The notes: generated by a model not told the origin, from the sequence alone. 64,000 bases of DNA from Candidatus Zixiibacteriota bacterium (GCA_050117845.1 JASFLY010000006.1:1-64000); one strand, 5' to 3'; shown: positions 21,941 through 32,036, numbered from the stretch's first letter. Program-made: numbers and translations.

Positions 21941-22784
21941 GCCGCAGGATTACGGCTCGTTCGAGACGGCCTGGTGCCCGGGGTGCGGTAACTTCGGCAT
22001 CCTGGAAGCGACAAAGGCCGCGCTCGCCGCGGCGGGCCTCGAGCCGCATCAGGTCCTCTTCGTATCCGGCATCGGCCAGGCGGCCAAGGCCCCCCATTAC
22101 CTTAAGGCCAACGTTTTCAACGGTTTGCACGGCCGTTCCCTGCCGGCGGCGACCGGCGCCCGGCTGGCCGGGCAGCCCGTTTCGGTCATCGTGCAGAGCG
22201 GCGACGGCTGCAACTACGGCGAGGGCGGCAACCACTTCCTCGCGGCGATGCGGCGCAACGTCGACCTGACGATGCTCGTGCACAACAACCTCGTCTACGG
22301 CTTGACCAAGGGGCAAGCCAGCCCGACGTCGGAGGAGGGCTTCGCGACCAAGGCCCAGCCCCACGGCCCGACGGGCGAGCCCTTCAATCCTATCGCGGTG
22401 GCGGTCGCGATGGGCGCGTCCTTCGTGGCGCGGGGCTTCTCGGGTGAGGGGGAGCACCTCGCGGACCTTATTCGGCAGGCGGTGGCGTGGCCCGGCTTCG
22501 CGCTCGTCGACATCCTCCAGCCCTGCGTCTCCTTCAATAAGGTCAATACCTTCGCCTGGTTCAAGAAGCGTTGCTATAAGCTCGACGAGAGTTACGACCC
22601 GACGGCCTTCGGCCAAGCGCTGGTCGCGGCGTACGAGTGGGGCGACCGCATTCCGCTCGGCGTTATCTATAAAAAGGAGCGGCCTTCCTTCGAGAAGAAA
22701 TTCCCGGCCGTCGCGGCCGGGCCGCTGGCCCTCCAGCCGGTGGACCGGGCCGCTCTGGGTCGCGTATTAGAGAGGTACTATTAA
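21933..22784 (+). CDS. 2-oxoacid:ferredoxin oxidoreductase beta subunit
   Basis: WCPGCGNF, LHGR, GDG TPP motif, YGLTKGQASPT, LQPCVSFN. Confidence 0.95.
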   Translation: MVKPQDYGSFETAWCPGCGNFGILEATKAALAAAGLEPHQVLFVSGIGQAAKAPHYLKANVFNGLHGRSLPAATGARLAGQPVSVIVQSGDGCNYGEGGNHFLAAMRRNVDLTMLVHNNLVYGLTKGQASPTSEEGFATKAQPHGPTGEPFNPIAVAVAMGASFVARGFSGEGEHLADLIRQAVAWPGFALVDILQPCVSFNKVNTFAWFKKRCYKLDESYDPTAFGQALVAAYEWGDRIPLGVIYKKERPSFEKKFPAVAAGPLALQPVDRAALGRVLERYY

Positions 22785-22838
22785 TCGGCAATCCGCCGGG
22801 CGCCCGGCGCCCGGCCTCGGAAAGGTGGGGTAACGAAT

Positions 22839-23342
22839 ATGGCGGAAATGGACCTGAGTACCTACGGCCTCGACGACCTGCTGTTAACGGCGATGAAGGC
22901 CGAAGTGGGCGCCCGGGACGTTTACCGGCGGCTGGCCGGCCGGGTGCGCAACGCGATGCTCAAGGACCGTTTGAACTTCCTCGCGGACGAGGAGGAGAAG
23001 CACCGCGGTTATTTTGAAAAGGCTTACCGGAAGGATTTCCCCGAGGGCGATATGACCCTACCCGCAGAGGGCGTTGTCCCGCTGCCGGAAGTGAAGCTCG
23101 ACGGCGACGACACGCCGTTGCCGGATGTCATCGAACAGGCGATGGCGGCCGAGCTCGCGGCCTTCGACTTCTACGTCGCGCTGGCGAACCGCTTCGAAGG
23201 GGATGCCGAAACGAATCATATGATATACTACATCGCCACGATGGAGAAGGGCCACTACGCCCTGCTCGCGGCCGAGCTCGAAAACGCCCGGCGCTTCGAC
23301 GTCTTCACCGCGGACTGGCCCATGATCCACGAGGGGCCGTAA
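22839..23342 (+). CDS. Ferritin-like (rubrerythrin di-iron domain) protein
   Basis: Two E...ExxH pairs (EEEKH, MEKGH); no rubredoxin domain. Confidence 0.85.
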   Translation: MAEMDLSTYGLDDLLLTAMKAEVGARDVYRRLAGRVRNAMLKDRLNFLADEEEKHRGYFEKAYRKDFPEGDMTLPAEGVVPLPEVKLDGDDTPLPDVIEQAMAAELAAFDFYVALANRFEGDAETNHMIYYIATMEKGHYALLAAELENARRFDVFTADWPMIHEGP

Positions 23343-23429
23343 GGAATCTGTGGTTTTTTGACCCGGGTCAAGGCGGCCGGGGACGATAGGTTTTATTATT
23401 CCCCCGCGCGAAGCTGGCCGGAGAAGGTT

Positions 23430-24521
23430 ATGATTATCTCGGAGATCGGGAAAGAATTCTACCACTTCAAGAGCGGCGAACCGCTCCTTCACCGGAATAT
23501 ATACGTCAAGCGTTTCATCGCCGAGGACGGCGCCGCCGGCACCATGGTCCTGGACCCCGGCGCCAAGCCGGACGCCCCGGTCCTGCGGGACGCATTGACC
23601 GATATCGCGGGCGGCGTGGGCAACGTCGACCTCGTCTTCCTGAGTCATCAGGATCCCGACGTGGCGGGAAACGCCAAGTTCATAATCGACAATTCCGCCG
23701 GCGCGGTCATCCTCGCCTCCGCCGATTCCCGGCGGTTGCTCGGCATGATGGGCCTCCCGGACAACCGGTTCTACGTACTCGAGAGCTCCGGTGTCGAGAC
23801 GGTGGAAATAAAGCGCACCGGCCATCGTATCCTACCCGTCCCGGCCTATTACTGCCACTTCCGCGGCTCGATGATGCTTTACGATATCGAGAGCCGCGTA
23901 CTCTTCTCGGGGGACTTCCTCGCCGGCGTCAATACGCGGAGGGGCAGCGGCGTTTACGCCGACGAGACTTCCTGGGACGGTATCTCTTTATTCCACCAAA
24001 TCTATATGCCCGCGAATCGCGCGGTACGGGAAACGATAGGCCGGATCCTCGAGATCAAGCCGTTCCCGGAGGTCATCGCGCCCCAACACGGCGACGTTAT
24101 CAAAGGCGCGTTCGTGAAGGAGTTCCTGGACCGCCTCTCGAAATTGGACGTCGGCGTCGACCTCGTGAAGCTGAACGGCCCGGAGAAGACGGCGGGCTTG
24201 AAGGCCCTCAACGGCTTTTTCCAGGGCATCGAGGTTTACGAACCGGCGTTCCATGAGAAGCTGTGGGGCGAAATAACGCGGCGCGACGATTTCACGACGA
24301 TATTTAAAGCGTCGTCCCACGGGATTACGGACATTAAGGTGTCCTTGTCCAACGCGGTCGTATATCTGTGCAAGATAATCGACGGCGCGTTGCCGGAAGA
24401 GCACCGGGAGAAGGCGAAGATTTTACTGGCGGTTGCGTTGGAGGAGAACGGCCTGGAGATGCCCTACTACTGCCTGACGGGGGAACGGGTCAAGGCCGAC
24501 ATCCTCGACGTTCCGGCATAA
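23430..24521 (+). CDS. MBL-fold di-iron protein resembling oxygen-binding di-iron protein (ODP), with C-terminal extension
   Basis: DPG, SHQDPD, HFRG, SGD, APQHG; ATG 23430 follows GGAGAAGG. Confidence 0.75.
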   Translation: MIISEIGKEFYHFKSGEPLLHRNIYVKRFIAEDGAAGTMVLDPGAKPDAPVLRDALTDIAGGVGNVDLVFLSHQDPDVAGNAKFIIDNSAGAVILASADSRRLLGMMGLPDNRFYVLESSGVETVEIKRTGHRILPVPAYYCHFRGSMMLYDIESRVLFSGDFLAGVNTRRGSGVYADETSWDGISLFHQIYMPANRAVRETIGRILEIKPFPEVIAPQHGDVIKGAFVKEFLDRLSKLDVGVDLVKLNGPEKTAGLKALNGFFQGIEVYEPAFHEKLWGEITRRDDFTTIFKASSHGITDIKVSLSNAVVYLCKIIDGALPEEHREKAKILLAVALEENGLEMPYYCLTGERVKADILDVPA

Positions 24522-24540
24522 CGGCGAAGGAGGCCCAAGA

Positions 24541-24720
24541 ATGACCGACGTAGAAAAGAAGGTCCTGCAGGCCATGAAGAAGGCGGGGAAGCCGATGCGC
24601 CCGGGGGAAGTGGCCGAGGCGACCGGCCTGGACAAGGACGAAGTGTCGAAAGCCATTCAGGCGCTCAAGAAGGCCGGCCAGGTGGCGTCGCCCAAGCGCT
24701 GCTTCTGGGAACCGGCTTAA
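24541..24720 (+). CDS. Small winged-HTH protein (not in ORF track)
   Basis: Translated by hand: [69 protein letters not shown]. Confidence 0.88.
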   Translation: MTDVEKKVLQAMKKAGKPMRPGEVAEATGLDKDEVSKAIQALKKAGQVASPKRCFWEPA

Positions 24721-24779
24721 ACGATTGTAGAAATAAACGCGCGCCCCGGCGCATTGCCGGGCGGGAAAGGGGTAAGAAA

Positions 24780-25157
24780 ATGGCGGCGGAGAAATTGCAA
24801 ATCTTCAAATGCGAAATGTGCGGCAACATCGTCGAGGTTTTGCACGGCGGCGTGGGCGAACTCGTGTGCTGCGGCGAACCTATGAAGCTGTACGAGGAGA
24901 ACACCGTGGACGCGGCGGTCGAGAAGCACGTCCCGGTGAAAGAGGACGCGGAACACGGCATCAAAGTCAAGGTCGGGAGCGTCGAACACCCGATGACCGA
25001 GGAGCATCACATCGAGTGGATCGAAGTCATATCCGGCGACAAGGCCTACCGCGAATTCCTAAAGGTGGGCGCGGCGCCCGAAGCCACGTTCTGCATCGAC
25101 GGCGGGGACGTCGTCTTACGGGAATACTGCAACCTGCACGGCCTGTGGAAGGGGTAA
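24780..25157 (+). CDS. dfx: Desulfoferrodoxin (2Fe superoxide reductase)
   Basis: [38 protein letters not shown]. Confidence 0.97.
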   Translation: MAAEKLQIFKCEMCGNIVEVLHGGVGELVCCGEPMKLYEENTVDAAVEKHVPVKEDAEHGIKVKVGSVEHPMTEEHHIEWIEVISGDKAYREFLKVGAAPEATFCIDGGDVVLREYCNLHGLWKG

Positions 25158-25160
25158 AGT

Positions 25161-25676
25161 ATGCTGAGCGATAAAATGCAGAAAGCGCTGAACGACCAAC
25201 TCGTCGCGGAACTCTACTCCGCTTACCTCTACCTCTCCATGGCGGCGTACTTCGAGGCGTCGGACCTTCCGGGTTTCGCCAATTGGATGCGCGTACAGGC
25301 CCAGGAAGAGACGATGCACGGGATGAAGTTCTTCGACTACGTCAACGAACGCGACGGCCGGGTAACGCTGGGCCAGATAGACGCCCCCCCGACGGAGTGG
25401 GAATCGGCGCAGGCGGCCTTCGAGCACGTCGTGGAGCACGAGCGCAAGGTAACGGGCCTCATCAACGACCTCGTGAACCTGGCGGTCGCCGAGAGCGACC
25501 ACGCGACCCACAATTTCCTGCAGTGGTTCGTGGGCGAGCAGGTGGAGGAGGAGGCGTCGGCCAAGGCCGTTCTGCAAAAGGTCAGGCTCGCCGGGGACAC
25601 CGGCGGGGGCACCTTTATGGTGGACCGGGAACTCGGCGCCCGGGTCTTCACGCCGCCGGCCGCGTCGGCCGAATAA
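25161..25676 (+). CDS. ftnA: Non-heme ferritin
   Basis: [30 protein letters not shown]. Confidence 0.95.
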   Translation: MLSDKMQKALNDQLVAELYSAYLYLSMAAYFEASDLPGFANWMRVQAQEETMHGMKFFDYVNERDGRVTLGQIDAPPTEWESAQAAFEHVVEHERKVTGLINDLVNLAVAESDHATHNFLQWFVGEQVEEEASAKAVLQKVRLAGDTGGGTFMVDRELGARVFTPPAASAE

Positions 25677-25731
25677 ACCGGCCGGCCGGATACCATAAAC
25701 CGAAACCGAACTTCCGCGCGGGAGGTAAAGC

Positions 25732-26235
25732 GTGAACGTAGAACAAGCCCTCAAGACGGCGCTCGAGTTCGAGAACAAGGTCCACGACGCTTATCGCGAA
25801 ATGGCCGACGCCGCCGAAGGCGAAGTCGGTAAAAAGGTCTTCGGCGTTCTCGCCGACGAGGAACGCCACCACGTCGAGTATCTGGAGAGTAGATTGACGG
25901 AGTGGCAGCGGGACGGATCGGTTACGGCCGAAGGCCTCGAGACGGCGATTCCGCGCCGGGAAGACATCGAGGCCGGCGTTGAAGGTTTATCCGAGAGCGC
26001 CACCGGCGAAATCCACGGCGGCGAGGTGGAGATGCTGCGCCGGGCCCTCCATATGGAGAACGAGGCCAGTGCTTTCTACCAGCGGATGGTGAAAGAGTTG
26101 CCGGAGGACGCGCGGCCGCTTTTCGCCCGTTTCGTCGAGATAGAGGACGGCCATACGGCCATCGTGCAGGCCGAACTCGACTACGCCTCCGGCTCCGGTT
26201 TCATGTTCGACTTCCGCGATTTCGCAATGAGTTAA
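25732..26235 (+). CDS. Ferritin-like (rubrerythrin di-iron domain) protein
   Basis: DEERHH and IEDGH ExxH pairs; GGAGG RBS before GTG. Confidence 0.85.
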   Translation: MNVEQALKTALEFENKVHDAYREMADAAEGEVGKKVFGVLADEERHHVEYLESRLTEWQRDGSVTAEGLETAIPRREDIEAGVEGLSESATGEIHGGEVEMLRRALHMENEASAFYQRMVKELPEDARPLFARFVEIEDGHTAIVQAELDYASGSGFMFDFRDFAMS

Positions 26236-26275
26236 ACTACAAAATACGGGTTACCAGATACGAGGAGTGCGACTT

Positions 26276-26773
26276 ATGCCGAATACTCAGGACAACCTCA
26301 AGGAGGCCTTCGACGGCGAGAGCCAGGCGAACCGCAAGTACCTCGCGTTCGCGAAAAAAGCCGAGGCCGACGGGTTCCCCACGGTCGCGAAGCTGTTCCG
26401 GGCGGCCGCGGAGGCCGAGACCATTCACGCCCACGCTCACCTCCGGCATATGAAGGCCGTAAAGAGCACCGCGGAGAACCTGGAAGACGCCCGCGACGGC
26501 GAAACCTACGAGTACGAGAAGATGTATCCGCCCATGGTGGAACAGGCCGAGGGCAGCCCCGCGAAGATATCGTTCCAGTACGCCATGGCCGCCGAGGAGG
26601 TCCACGCGAAATTATACGCCCGAGCGCTCGAGGCCGTGAAGGCGTCCAAGGACTTCGACGCCGCCGGCGGGATATATCTCTGTCCCGTATGCGGGAACGT
26701 CGTGCTGGGCGCGCCCACCGAACCGTGCGCCATCTGCAACACGGCCGCGGCCAAGTTCGTCGCCGTCGAGTAA
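26276..26773 (+). CDS. Rubrerythrin family protein (second, shorter copy)
   Basis: AFDGESQANRKY, AETIHA, GETYE, AEEVH, CPVCG...CAIC. Confidence 0.93.
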   Translation: MPNTQDNLKEAFDGESQANRKYLAFAKKAEADGFPTVAKLFRAAAEAETIHAHAHLRHMKAVKSTAENLEDARDGETYEYEKMYPPMVEQAEGSPAKISFQYAMAAEEVHAKLYARALEAVKASKDFDAAGGIYLCPVCGNVVLGAPTEPCAICNTAAAKFVAVE

Positions 26774-26791
26774 ACGCCACGGAGCGCGCTT

Positions 26792-27148
26792 ATGAGTTCG
26801 GATAGGTTAGAGGAGTTTCGCCGGGAACGCGAGGCGTTGAACGAACTCGTGTTGGAGCGCGGGGGCCTGGAGGTCAAACGCTTCTTGGGCGTCGACGCGA
26901 ACGTCTACCGCGACGGCGCGTTGCCCGCGAAGACGAAGGAACTTTTGGGCCTCGTGGCCTCGCTGGTCCTGCGCTGCGACGATTGCGTTACTTATCACCT
27001 GATCCGCTGCCGCGAGGAGGGCGTAAACGACGAGGAGGTCGCGGAGGCGCTGGCCGTCGGCCTCGTCGCCGGCGGCTCGGTCACGATCCCGCATCTTCGC
27101 CGCGCGTTCGCCCGCTGGGAAGAATTGAAGGCCGGAAGCGAAGGCTAG
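26792..27148 (+). CDS. Carboxymuconolactone decarboxylase/AhpD family protein
   Basis: GALPAKTKEL, LRCDDCVTYH. Confidence 0.9.
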   Translation: MSSDRLEEFRREREALNELVLERGGLEVKRFLGVDANVYRDGALPAKTKELLGLVASLVLRCDDCVTYHLIRCREEGVNDEEVAEALAVGLVAGGSVTIPHLRRAFARWEELKAGSEG

Positions 27149-27163
27149 GAAAGGAAGGCCGGG

Positions 27164-27643
27164 ATGGAAGACAAGGTTACGCTTTACGAAGAGCTGCTGG
27201 GCAGGATTAAATCCATCGCCGGCGGGGGGACAGGCCGGGACGCCAAACTCCAGCAAATCTGCGAGCTGCTGGAGAGCCAGGTGGCGTATTTCGATTGGGT
27301 AGGGTTCTACGTCACCGACCCCGAAAACCCTCGCGAGTTGGTGCTCGGGCCGTACGTCGGCGCGCCCACCGAACACGTCCGCATCGAGTTCGGCCAGGGG
27401 ATATGCGGCCGGGCGGCGGACAGCCGCCGTATGTTCGTCGTCCAGGACGTTTCGAAGGAGACGAACTACCTGGCATGCAGCCCGGACGTGAAGGCCGAAA
27501 TCGTACTGCCCATCTTCGTGGGCGGCGACGTATGGGGAGAATTGGACATCGACTCTCATACCGCGGCGCCCTTCTCCAGCGAGGACGGCGACTACCTTGG
27601 CCGGATCTGCGGCGTCGTTGCCGAAATCGTCAGCGCCAAATAA
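27164..27643 (+). CDS. GAF-domain protein, free methionine-R-sulfoxide reductase (MsrC)-like
   Basis: WVGFY, LGPYVG, GQGICG, YLAC, EIVLP, LDIDS. Confidence 0.85.
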   Translation: MEDKVTLYEELLGRIKSIAGGGTGRDAKLQQICELLESQVAYFDWVGFYVTDPENPRELVLGPYVGAPTEHVRIEFGQGICGRAADSRRMFVVQDVSKETNYLACSPDVKAEIVLPIFVGGDVWGELDIDSHTAAPFSSEDGDYLGRICGVVAEIVSAK

Positions 27644-27684
27644 CCCGTTGTACCCGACCGACACCAGACGGAGGAATCCCGCAC

Positions 27685-28887
27685 ATGGTTACCGAGATAC
27701 TTAAAGACGTCTACTGGGTCGGCGTGGCCGACTGGGCCCTGCGCCATTTCCACGGCTACGAGCTGTCCACGCCGCGCGGCTCGACCTACAACTCCTACCT
27801 GATTCGCGACGAGAAGACGGTCCTCGTCGATACGGTGTGGAAACCGTTCGTCGACGATTTCATGAAGAACGTCCGGGAGGTCGTCGATCCGGCCGAGATA
27901 GACATAGTCGTGGCCAACCACGCCGAGTCCGACCACTCCGGCGGCCTGCCCGAGATTATGCGGCACTGCCCGAACGCCGAGGTCGTCGTCTCGAAGCGCG
28001 GGGCCGAGAGCATCCCCGGCCACTACCATCAGGACTGGAACTTCCGCCCCGTCGGCACGGGGGATAAAATAAACATCGGCGGGAACGACCTGGTCTTCGT
28101 CGAGGCGCCGATGCTCCACTGGCCCGACAGCATGTTCACCTACCTGACCGGCAAGAACCTCCTCATGCCCAACGACGCCTTCGGCCAGCACTACGCCACC
28201 GACAGCCGCTTCAACGACGAGGTCGACAGGCACGAGCTGTACGAGGAGGCCCTCCGCTACTACGCCAACATCTTGGGGCCGTTCAGCGACATGGTCCTGA
28301 AGAAAATCGACGAGGTCCTGGCCCTTGGCCTCCCGGTCGACATGATCGCGCCGAGCCACGGCGTCATCTGGCGGGACAACCCCCTCCAAATTGTGGAAAC
28401 CTACAAGGAGTGGGCGAGCCAGAAGGGCGAGCGCCGCGCCGTCGTGCTCTACGATACGATGTGGGAGGGGACACGCCGCATGGCGGAGGCCGTCGGCGCC
28501 GGCCTGACGGAGGAGGGCGTACCGTATAAGATGTTCTACGCGCCTCTCTCCGACCGCAACGCCGTCCTCACCGAGGTATTCCGGGCCCGGGCGCTTATAA
28601 TCGGCTCGCCGACGGTCAACCGCGGGTACATCTCGACCCTCGGCTCGTATATGGAGGACCTGCGCGGCCTCGCCTTCAAGAACAAGATAGGCGCGGCCTT
28701 CGGCTCCTACGGTTGGAGCGGCGAGGCCGTGAAGATGATAGAGGAACACTTGGCCGGTTGCAAGTACGACGTCGTGACGCCGGGCGTCCGGGCGAAGTGG
28801 CAACCCACGCCGGAAGACCTGGCGGCCTGCGAGGACCTGGGGCGGCGCGTGGCACAGGCCGTGGCCGCGGCCTTCAAGGAGGCGTAA
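27685..28887 (+). CDS. fprA: Flavodiiron protein (FprA, O2/NO reductase)
   Basis: [49 protein letters not shown] 27685 after GGAGG. Confidence 0.95.
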   Translation: MVTEILKDVYWVGVADWALRHFHGYELSTPRGSTYNSYLIRDEKTVLVDTVWKPFVDDFMKNVREVVDPAEIDIVVANHAESDHSGGLPEIMRHCPNAEVVVSKRGAESIPGHYHQDWNFRPVGTGDKINIGGNDLVFVEAPMLHWPDSMFTYLTGKNLLMPNDAFGQHYATDSRFNDEVDRHELYEEALRYYANILGPFSDMVLKKIDEVLALGLPVDMIAPSHGVIWRDNPLQIVETYKEWASQKGERRAVVLYDTMWEGTRRMAEAVGAGLTEEGVPYKMFYAPLSDRNAVLTEVFRARALIIGSPTVNRGYISTLGSYMEDLRGLAFKNKIGAAFGSYGWSGEAVKMIEEHLAGCKYDVVTPGVRAKWQPTPEDLAACEDLGRRVAQAVAAAFKEA

Positions 28888-28891
28888 ACGA

Positions 28892-29602
28892 ATGGCCGGA
28901 TACAACCCGACCTGTCTCTATAACCTGACCTACGGCCTCTACGTCGTATCGTCGTGCCGGGAAGGCCGGCCCAACGGCCAGATTGCCAATACCGTCTTCC
29001 AGGTCACGGCGGAACCGGCGCGCATCGCCGTCAGCCTGAACCGGGAGAACCTGACCCACGAGTACGTAAAGGAAAGCGGCGTGCTGGGTGTCTCGGTGCT
29101 CGAGGAGGAGACGCCGATGACCTTCATCGGCCTTTTCGGCTTCAAGTCCGGCCGGGACGTGGACAAGTTCGCCGACGTGGAACACAAGCCGGGGGAGACG
29201 GGTTGCCCGCTGGTCACGCAACATGCGTTGGCCGTCATTGAAGGCCGCGTCGTCGACTCGGTCGACGTCGGGACCCATACGATATTTATCGCGGAGGTAG
29301 TGGCAGGCGAGGTCCTGCGGGACGGCAAGCCGCTGACCTACGCGTGTTATCATGAGACGAAAAAGGGCAAAGCGCCCAAGTCGGCGCCCACCTACCGCGG
29401 CGCCGATGCACCGGCGCCCGAGAAAAGGAGCGAGAGCGGAATGCAAAAGTACGTGTGCCAGGTATGCGGTTACGTTTACGACCCGGCCGCCGGCGACCCG
29501 GACAACGGCGTCGAGCCGGGGACGGCGTGGGAAGACGTTCCGGCCGACTGGGTTTGCCCGGTATGCGGCGCGAGTAAGGACCAGTTCGACCCGGAATCAT
29601 AA
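28892..29602 (+). CDS. Flavin reductase-rubredoxin fusion (high-molecular-weight rubredoxin type)
   Basis: [24 protein letters not shown], then CQVCGYVYD...WVCPVCG. Confidence 0.92.
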   Translation: MAGYNPTCLYNLTYGLYVVSSCREGRPNGQIANTVFQVTAEPARIAVSLNRENLTHEYVKESGVLGVSVLEEETPMTFIGLFGFKSGRDVDKFADVEHKPGETGCPLVTQHALAVIEGRVVDSVDVGTHTIFIAEVVAGEVLRDGKPLTYACYHETKKGKAPKSAPTYRGADAPAPEKRSESGMQKYVCQVCGYVYDPAAGDPDNGVEPGTAWEDVPADWVCPVCGASKDQFDPES

Positions 29603-29625
29603 AATAATACAGAGGGGGAAGTCTT

Positions 29626-29793
29626 ATGGCCGATATGCGGCGATACCGCTGCCTCGCCTGCGAGTACGTCTACGACCCGGCGGAGGGCGACCCGGACAAC
29701 GGCGTCGATCCCGGCACGCCGTGGGAGGACGTCCCGGACGACTGGGTCTGCCCGCTCTGCGGCGTCGGCAAGGACATGTTCGAGCCGGAGTAA
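29626..29793 (+). CDS. Rubredoxin (not in ORF track)
   Basis: Translated by hand: [55 protein letters not shown]. Confidence 0.96.
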   Translation: MADMRRYRCLACEYVYDPAEGDPDNGVDPGTPWEDVPDDWVCPLCGVGKDMFEPE

Positions 29794-29828
29794 AGATAAC
29801 AGCCTTAACGCTTGCGTATATTACGGGA

Positions 29829-29851
29829 GCGCGGCCGCGGGGCCGCGTTTT
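29829..29851 (+). terminator. Probable terminator of the oxidative-stress island
   Basis: GCGCGGCC-gcgg-GGCCGCGT followed by short T run. Confidence 0.6.
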
Positions 29852-29854
29852 CCT

Positions 29855-29883
29855 TTGACATTTTAAGATAATTATTATAGAAT
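29855..29883 (+). promoter_or_regulatory. Sigma70 promoter of ychF operon, probably leaderless
   Basis: TTGACA(29855)-17 nt-TAGAAT(29878); ATG 6 nt downstream, no SD. Confidence 0.8.
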
Positions 29884-29889
29884 CCCGCG

Positions 29890-30990
29890 ATGGACTTGGG
29901 CCTGTTAGGCCTGCCGAACGTCGGCAAGTCCACGCTCTTTAACGTATTGACCGGTTGCGGCGCGGCGGTAGGTCCCTACCCTTTTACCACCGTCGAGCCC
30001 AATAAGGCCGTGCTTCCGGTCCCCGACCCCCGGCTAGAAGAATTGGCCGCACTGGTGGGCGCGCAAGAGACGCGGCCTGCCCGGTTGCGCGTCGTTGACA
30101 TTGCCGGCCTGGTCGAGGGCGCGCACGGCGGCCTCGGCCTCGGCAACCGCTTTCTCGCTCACGTCCGCGAGATGGACGCGTTGTTTTACGTCGTCCGCCT
30201 CTTCGCGGATGACGACGTGGCGAAGGCGGGACGGGAGCGGGGCCCCACGGGCCTCGACCCCGGCGGCGACCTCGATACGTTAACGGCCGAGCTTGCGCTC
30301 GCGGACCTGGCGACGGTGGAACGGCGGCGGGAGAAGACCCGCAAAGCGGCCAAGGGGAGTAAGGAAGCACCGGCGGAACTCGCGGCGCTCGAGCGCTTCG
30401 CGGAGTGTCTGAACGCCGGTACGCCCCTTCGCGCTCGCCCCTGGGAAGAGGCCGACACGGCGCTCGTCGGCGAGCTCTTTCTTTTAACGGCCAAGCCGGC
30501 GCTCTACGTCGGGAACCTGGGCCAGCCGGGAAGGCCGGAGGAGGAGGAAGCGTTCGAGGCGCTCGCTCGGCGGGCCGAAGCGGACGCGACCCGGGCCGTA
30601 GGCGTTTACGGCGGCCTCGAAGAGGAGCTCTGCGAACTCGAGGCCGGCGACCAGGAGTGTCTGCGGCAGGAGTACGGCGTACGCGAGTGGGCCCGGCCCA
30701 CGCTACTCCGGGCGGGCGCCGAACTCCTGAACCTCGTAACGTTCTACACCGTCGTCGGAACGATAGCGAGCGCGTGGCAGGTCCCCGCGGGAACGACGGC
30801 TCGCGGCGGCGCGACCCGGGTGCACACGGACTTCGGCGAACATTTCATTCGGGCCGAGGTCGTAGGCGCTGAAGCGCTGCAACAGGCCGGTTCGCTCAGG
30901 GAAGCGCGGGCGGCGGGCCTGGTCCGAACCGAGGGGCCGGAGTATATCATCACCGACGGCGACGTCATAACGATTAAGCATGACGCGTAA
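29890..30990 (+). CDS. ychF: Redox-regulated ATPase YchF
   Basis: GLPNVGKSTLFN, YPFTTVEPN, DIAGLV, GLGNRFL, HTDF...FIRAEV. Confidence 0.95.
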   Translation: MDLGLLGLPNVGKSTLFNVLTGCGAAVGPYPFTTVEPNKAVLPVPDPRLEELAALVGAQETRPARLRVVDIAGLVEGAHGGLGLGNRFLAHVREMDALFYVVRLFADDDVAKAGRERGPTGLDPGGDLDTLTAELALADLATVERRREKTRKAAKGSKEAPAELAALERFAECLNAGTPLRARPWEEADTALVGELFLLTAKPALYVGNLGQPGRPEEEEAFEALARRAEADATRAVGVYGGLEEELCELEAGDQECLRQEYGVREWARPTLLRAGAELLNLVTFYTVVGTIASAWQVPAGTTARGGATRVHTDFGEHFIRAEVVGAEALQQAGSLREARAAGLVRTEGPEYIITDGDVITIKHDA

Positions 30991-31017
30991 TTATCCATAT
31001 TCATAGGAGGACAGTAA

Positions 31018-31362
31018 TTGAAACCGTTCGAGATGTTAGTTATTATAAAGGCGGGCCTCGGCGACGAGGGCCTGGCGGTTTGCCGGCAGCGACTCGAGGG
31101 CTGGCTAACCGATAACGGCGCCAACATTGAAGAGGTGGTCGACCTCGGCGAGCTGTCCCTGGCGTATAGGATAAAGAAGAACAGCCGGGGCCACTATCTC
31201 CTATTCGTGTTCGACGGCCCGGGCGAGTTGCCGGCCGCGATGGCGCAGCGTATCCGGGTGGACGAGGAAGTTCTACGTCACCTCATAGTGCACCGTAACC
31301 CAGCCTCGCTCAAGACGATAAAACGTTCTTCGGAGGAGAGGCACGATGGTAAGAGGAGTTAA
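31018..31362 (+). CDS. rpsF: 30S ribosomal protein S6
   Basis: LAYRIKK..GHY, VLRHLI; rpsF-ssb-rpsR order; AGGAGG before TTG. Confidence 0.93.
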   Translation: MKPFEMLVIIKAGLGDEGLAVCRQRLEGWLTDNGANIEEVVDLGELSLAYRIKKNSRGHYLLFVFDGPGELPAAMAQRIRVDEEVLRHLIVHRNPASLKTIKRSSEERHDGKRS

Positions 31363-31735
31363 CCGGATTATCCTTATGGGTAACCTGACCGCGGACCCGG
31401 AGCTCCGCTATACGGCTTCGGGGTCGGCGGTGGCGACTTTTAGGTTGGCCGTAAACCGGACTTTTCGTGACGCCGACGGCGAGCTTAAAGAGGACACGCA
31501 GTTCATCAACGTCGTCGCCTGGGGCAAGACCGCGGAGACGTGTACCCAGTATCTGGGCAAAGGCCGGGGCGTCCTGGTGGAAGGCCGGCTCAACATCCGC
31601 GATTACGAGAAGGACGGCGAGCGCCGCTGGATAACGGAAGTGGTCGCCAGCCGCGTCGTCTTCCTGGGCGGGAGCGACGGAACGGGGACACCGACCGTCG
31701 CGGAAGAGACCGTGGACGACGTCCCGTTCTATTAA
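31346..31735 (+). CDS. ssb: Single-stranded DNA-binding protein
   Basis: GNLTADPELRYT, VEGRL, C-terminal DDVPF(Y). Confidence 0.98.
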   Translation: MVRGVNRIILMGNLTADPELRYTASGSAVATFRLAVNRTFRDADGELKEDTQFINVVAWGKTAETCTQYLGKGRGVLVEGRLNIRDYEKDGERRWITEVVASRVVFLGGSDGTGTPTVAEETVDDVPFY

Positions 31736-31793
31736 ACCCGGGTAAACCCGGACCGGGAACGCAGTTCATTCTATAAACTATCGAGGAGTACGC

Positions 31794-32036
31794 ATGCCTA
31801 AAATGAAGGTGCGTCGGGCGTTCAAGAAACGGCATTGCCGCTTTTGCGCCGACAAGGTTGAACACATAGACTACAAAGATATCATCCTGATTCGCCGCTA
31901 CACCAGCGACAAGGCGAAGATAAAGGCGCGGCGCGCGACCGGCAACTGCGCCCAACATCAACGGCAACTGGCCCGGGCTATTAAGCGGGCGCGTTATATG
32001 GCTCTCATGCCGTACGTGCGCGAACTCTACCGCTAG
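31794..32036 (+). CDS. rpsR: 30S ribosomal protein S18
   Basis: [22 protein letters not shown]. Confidence 0.98.
   Translation: MPKMKVRRAFKKRHCRFCADKVEHIDYKDIILIRRYTSDKAKIKARRATGNCAQHQRQLARAIKRARYMALMPYVRELYR

Noticed and set aside
27295..27684. Long N-terminal extensions in the ORF track (fprA, also adk, rplN, apbE, GRVKALY copies 2, 4, 6)
   Set aside because: They overlap upstream genes, promoters or terminators; downstream starts have RBSs, signal peptides or normal family N-termini.
31737..31760. Hairpin CCGGGT-aa-ACCCGG between ssb and rpsR as a regulatory RNA
   Set aside because: Short single stem without T tract or recognisable S6:S18 leader features.
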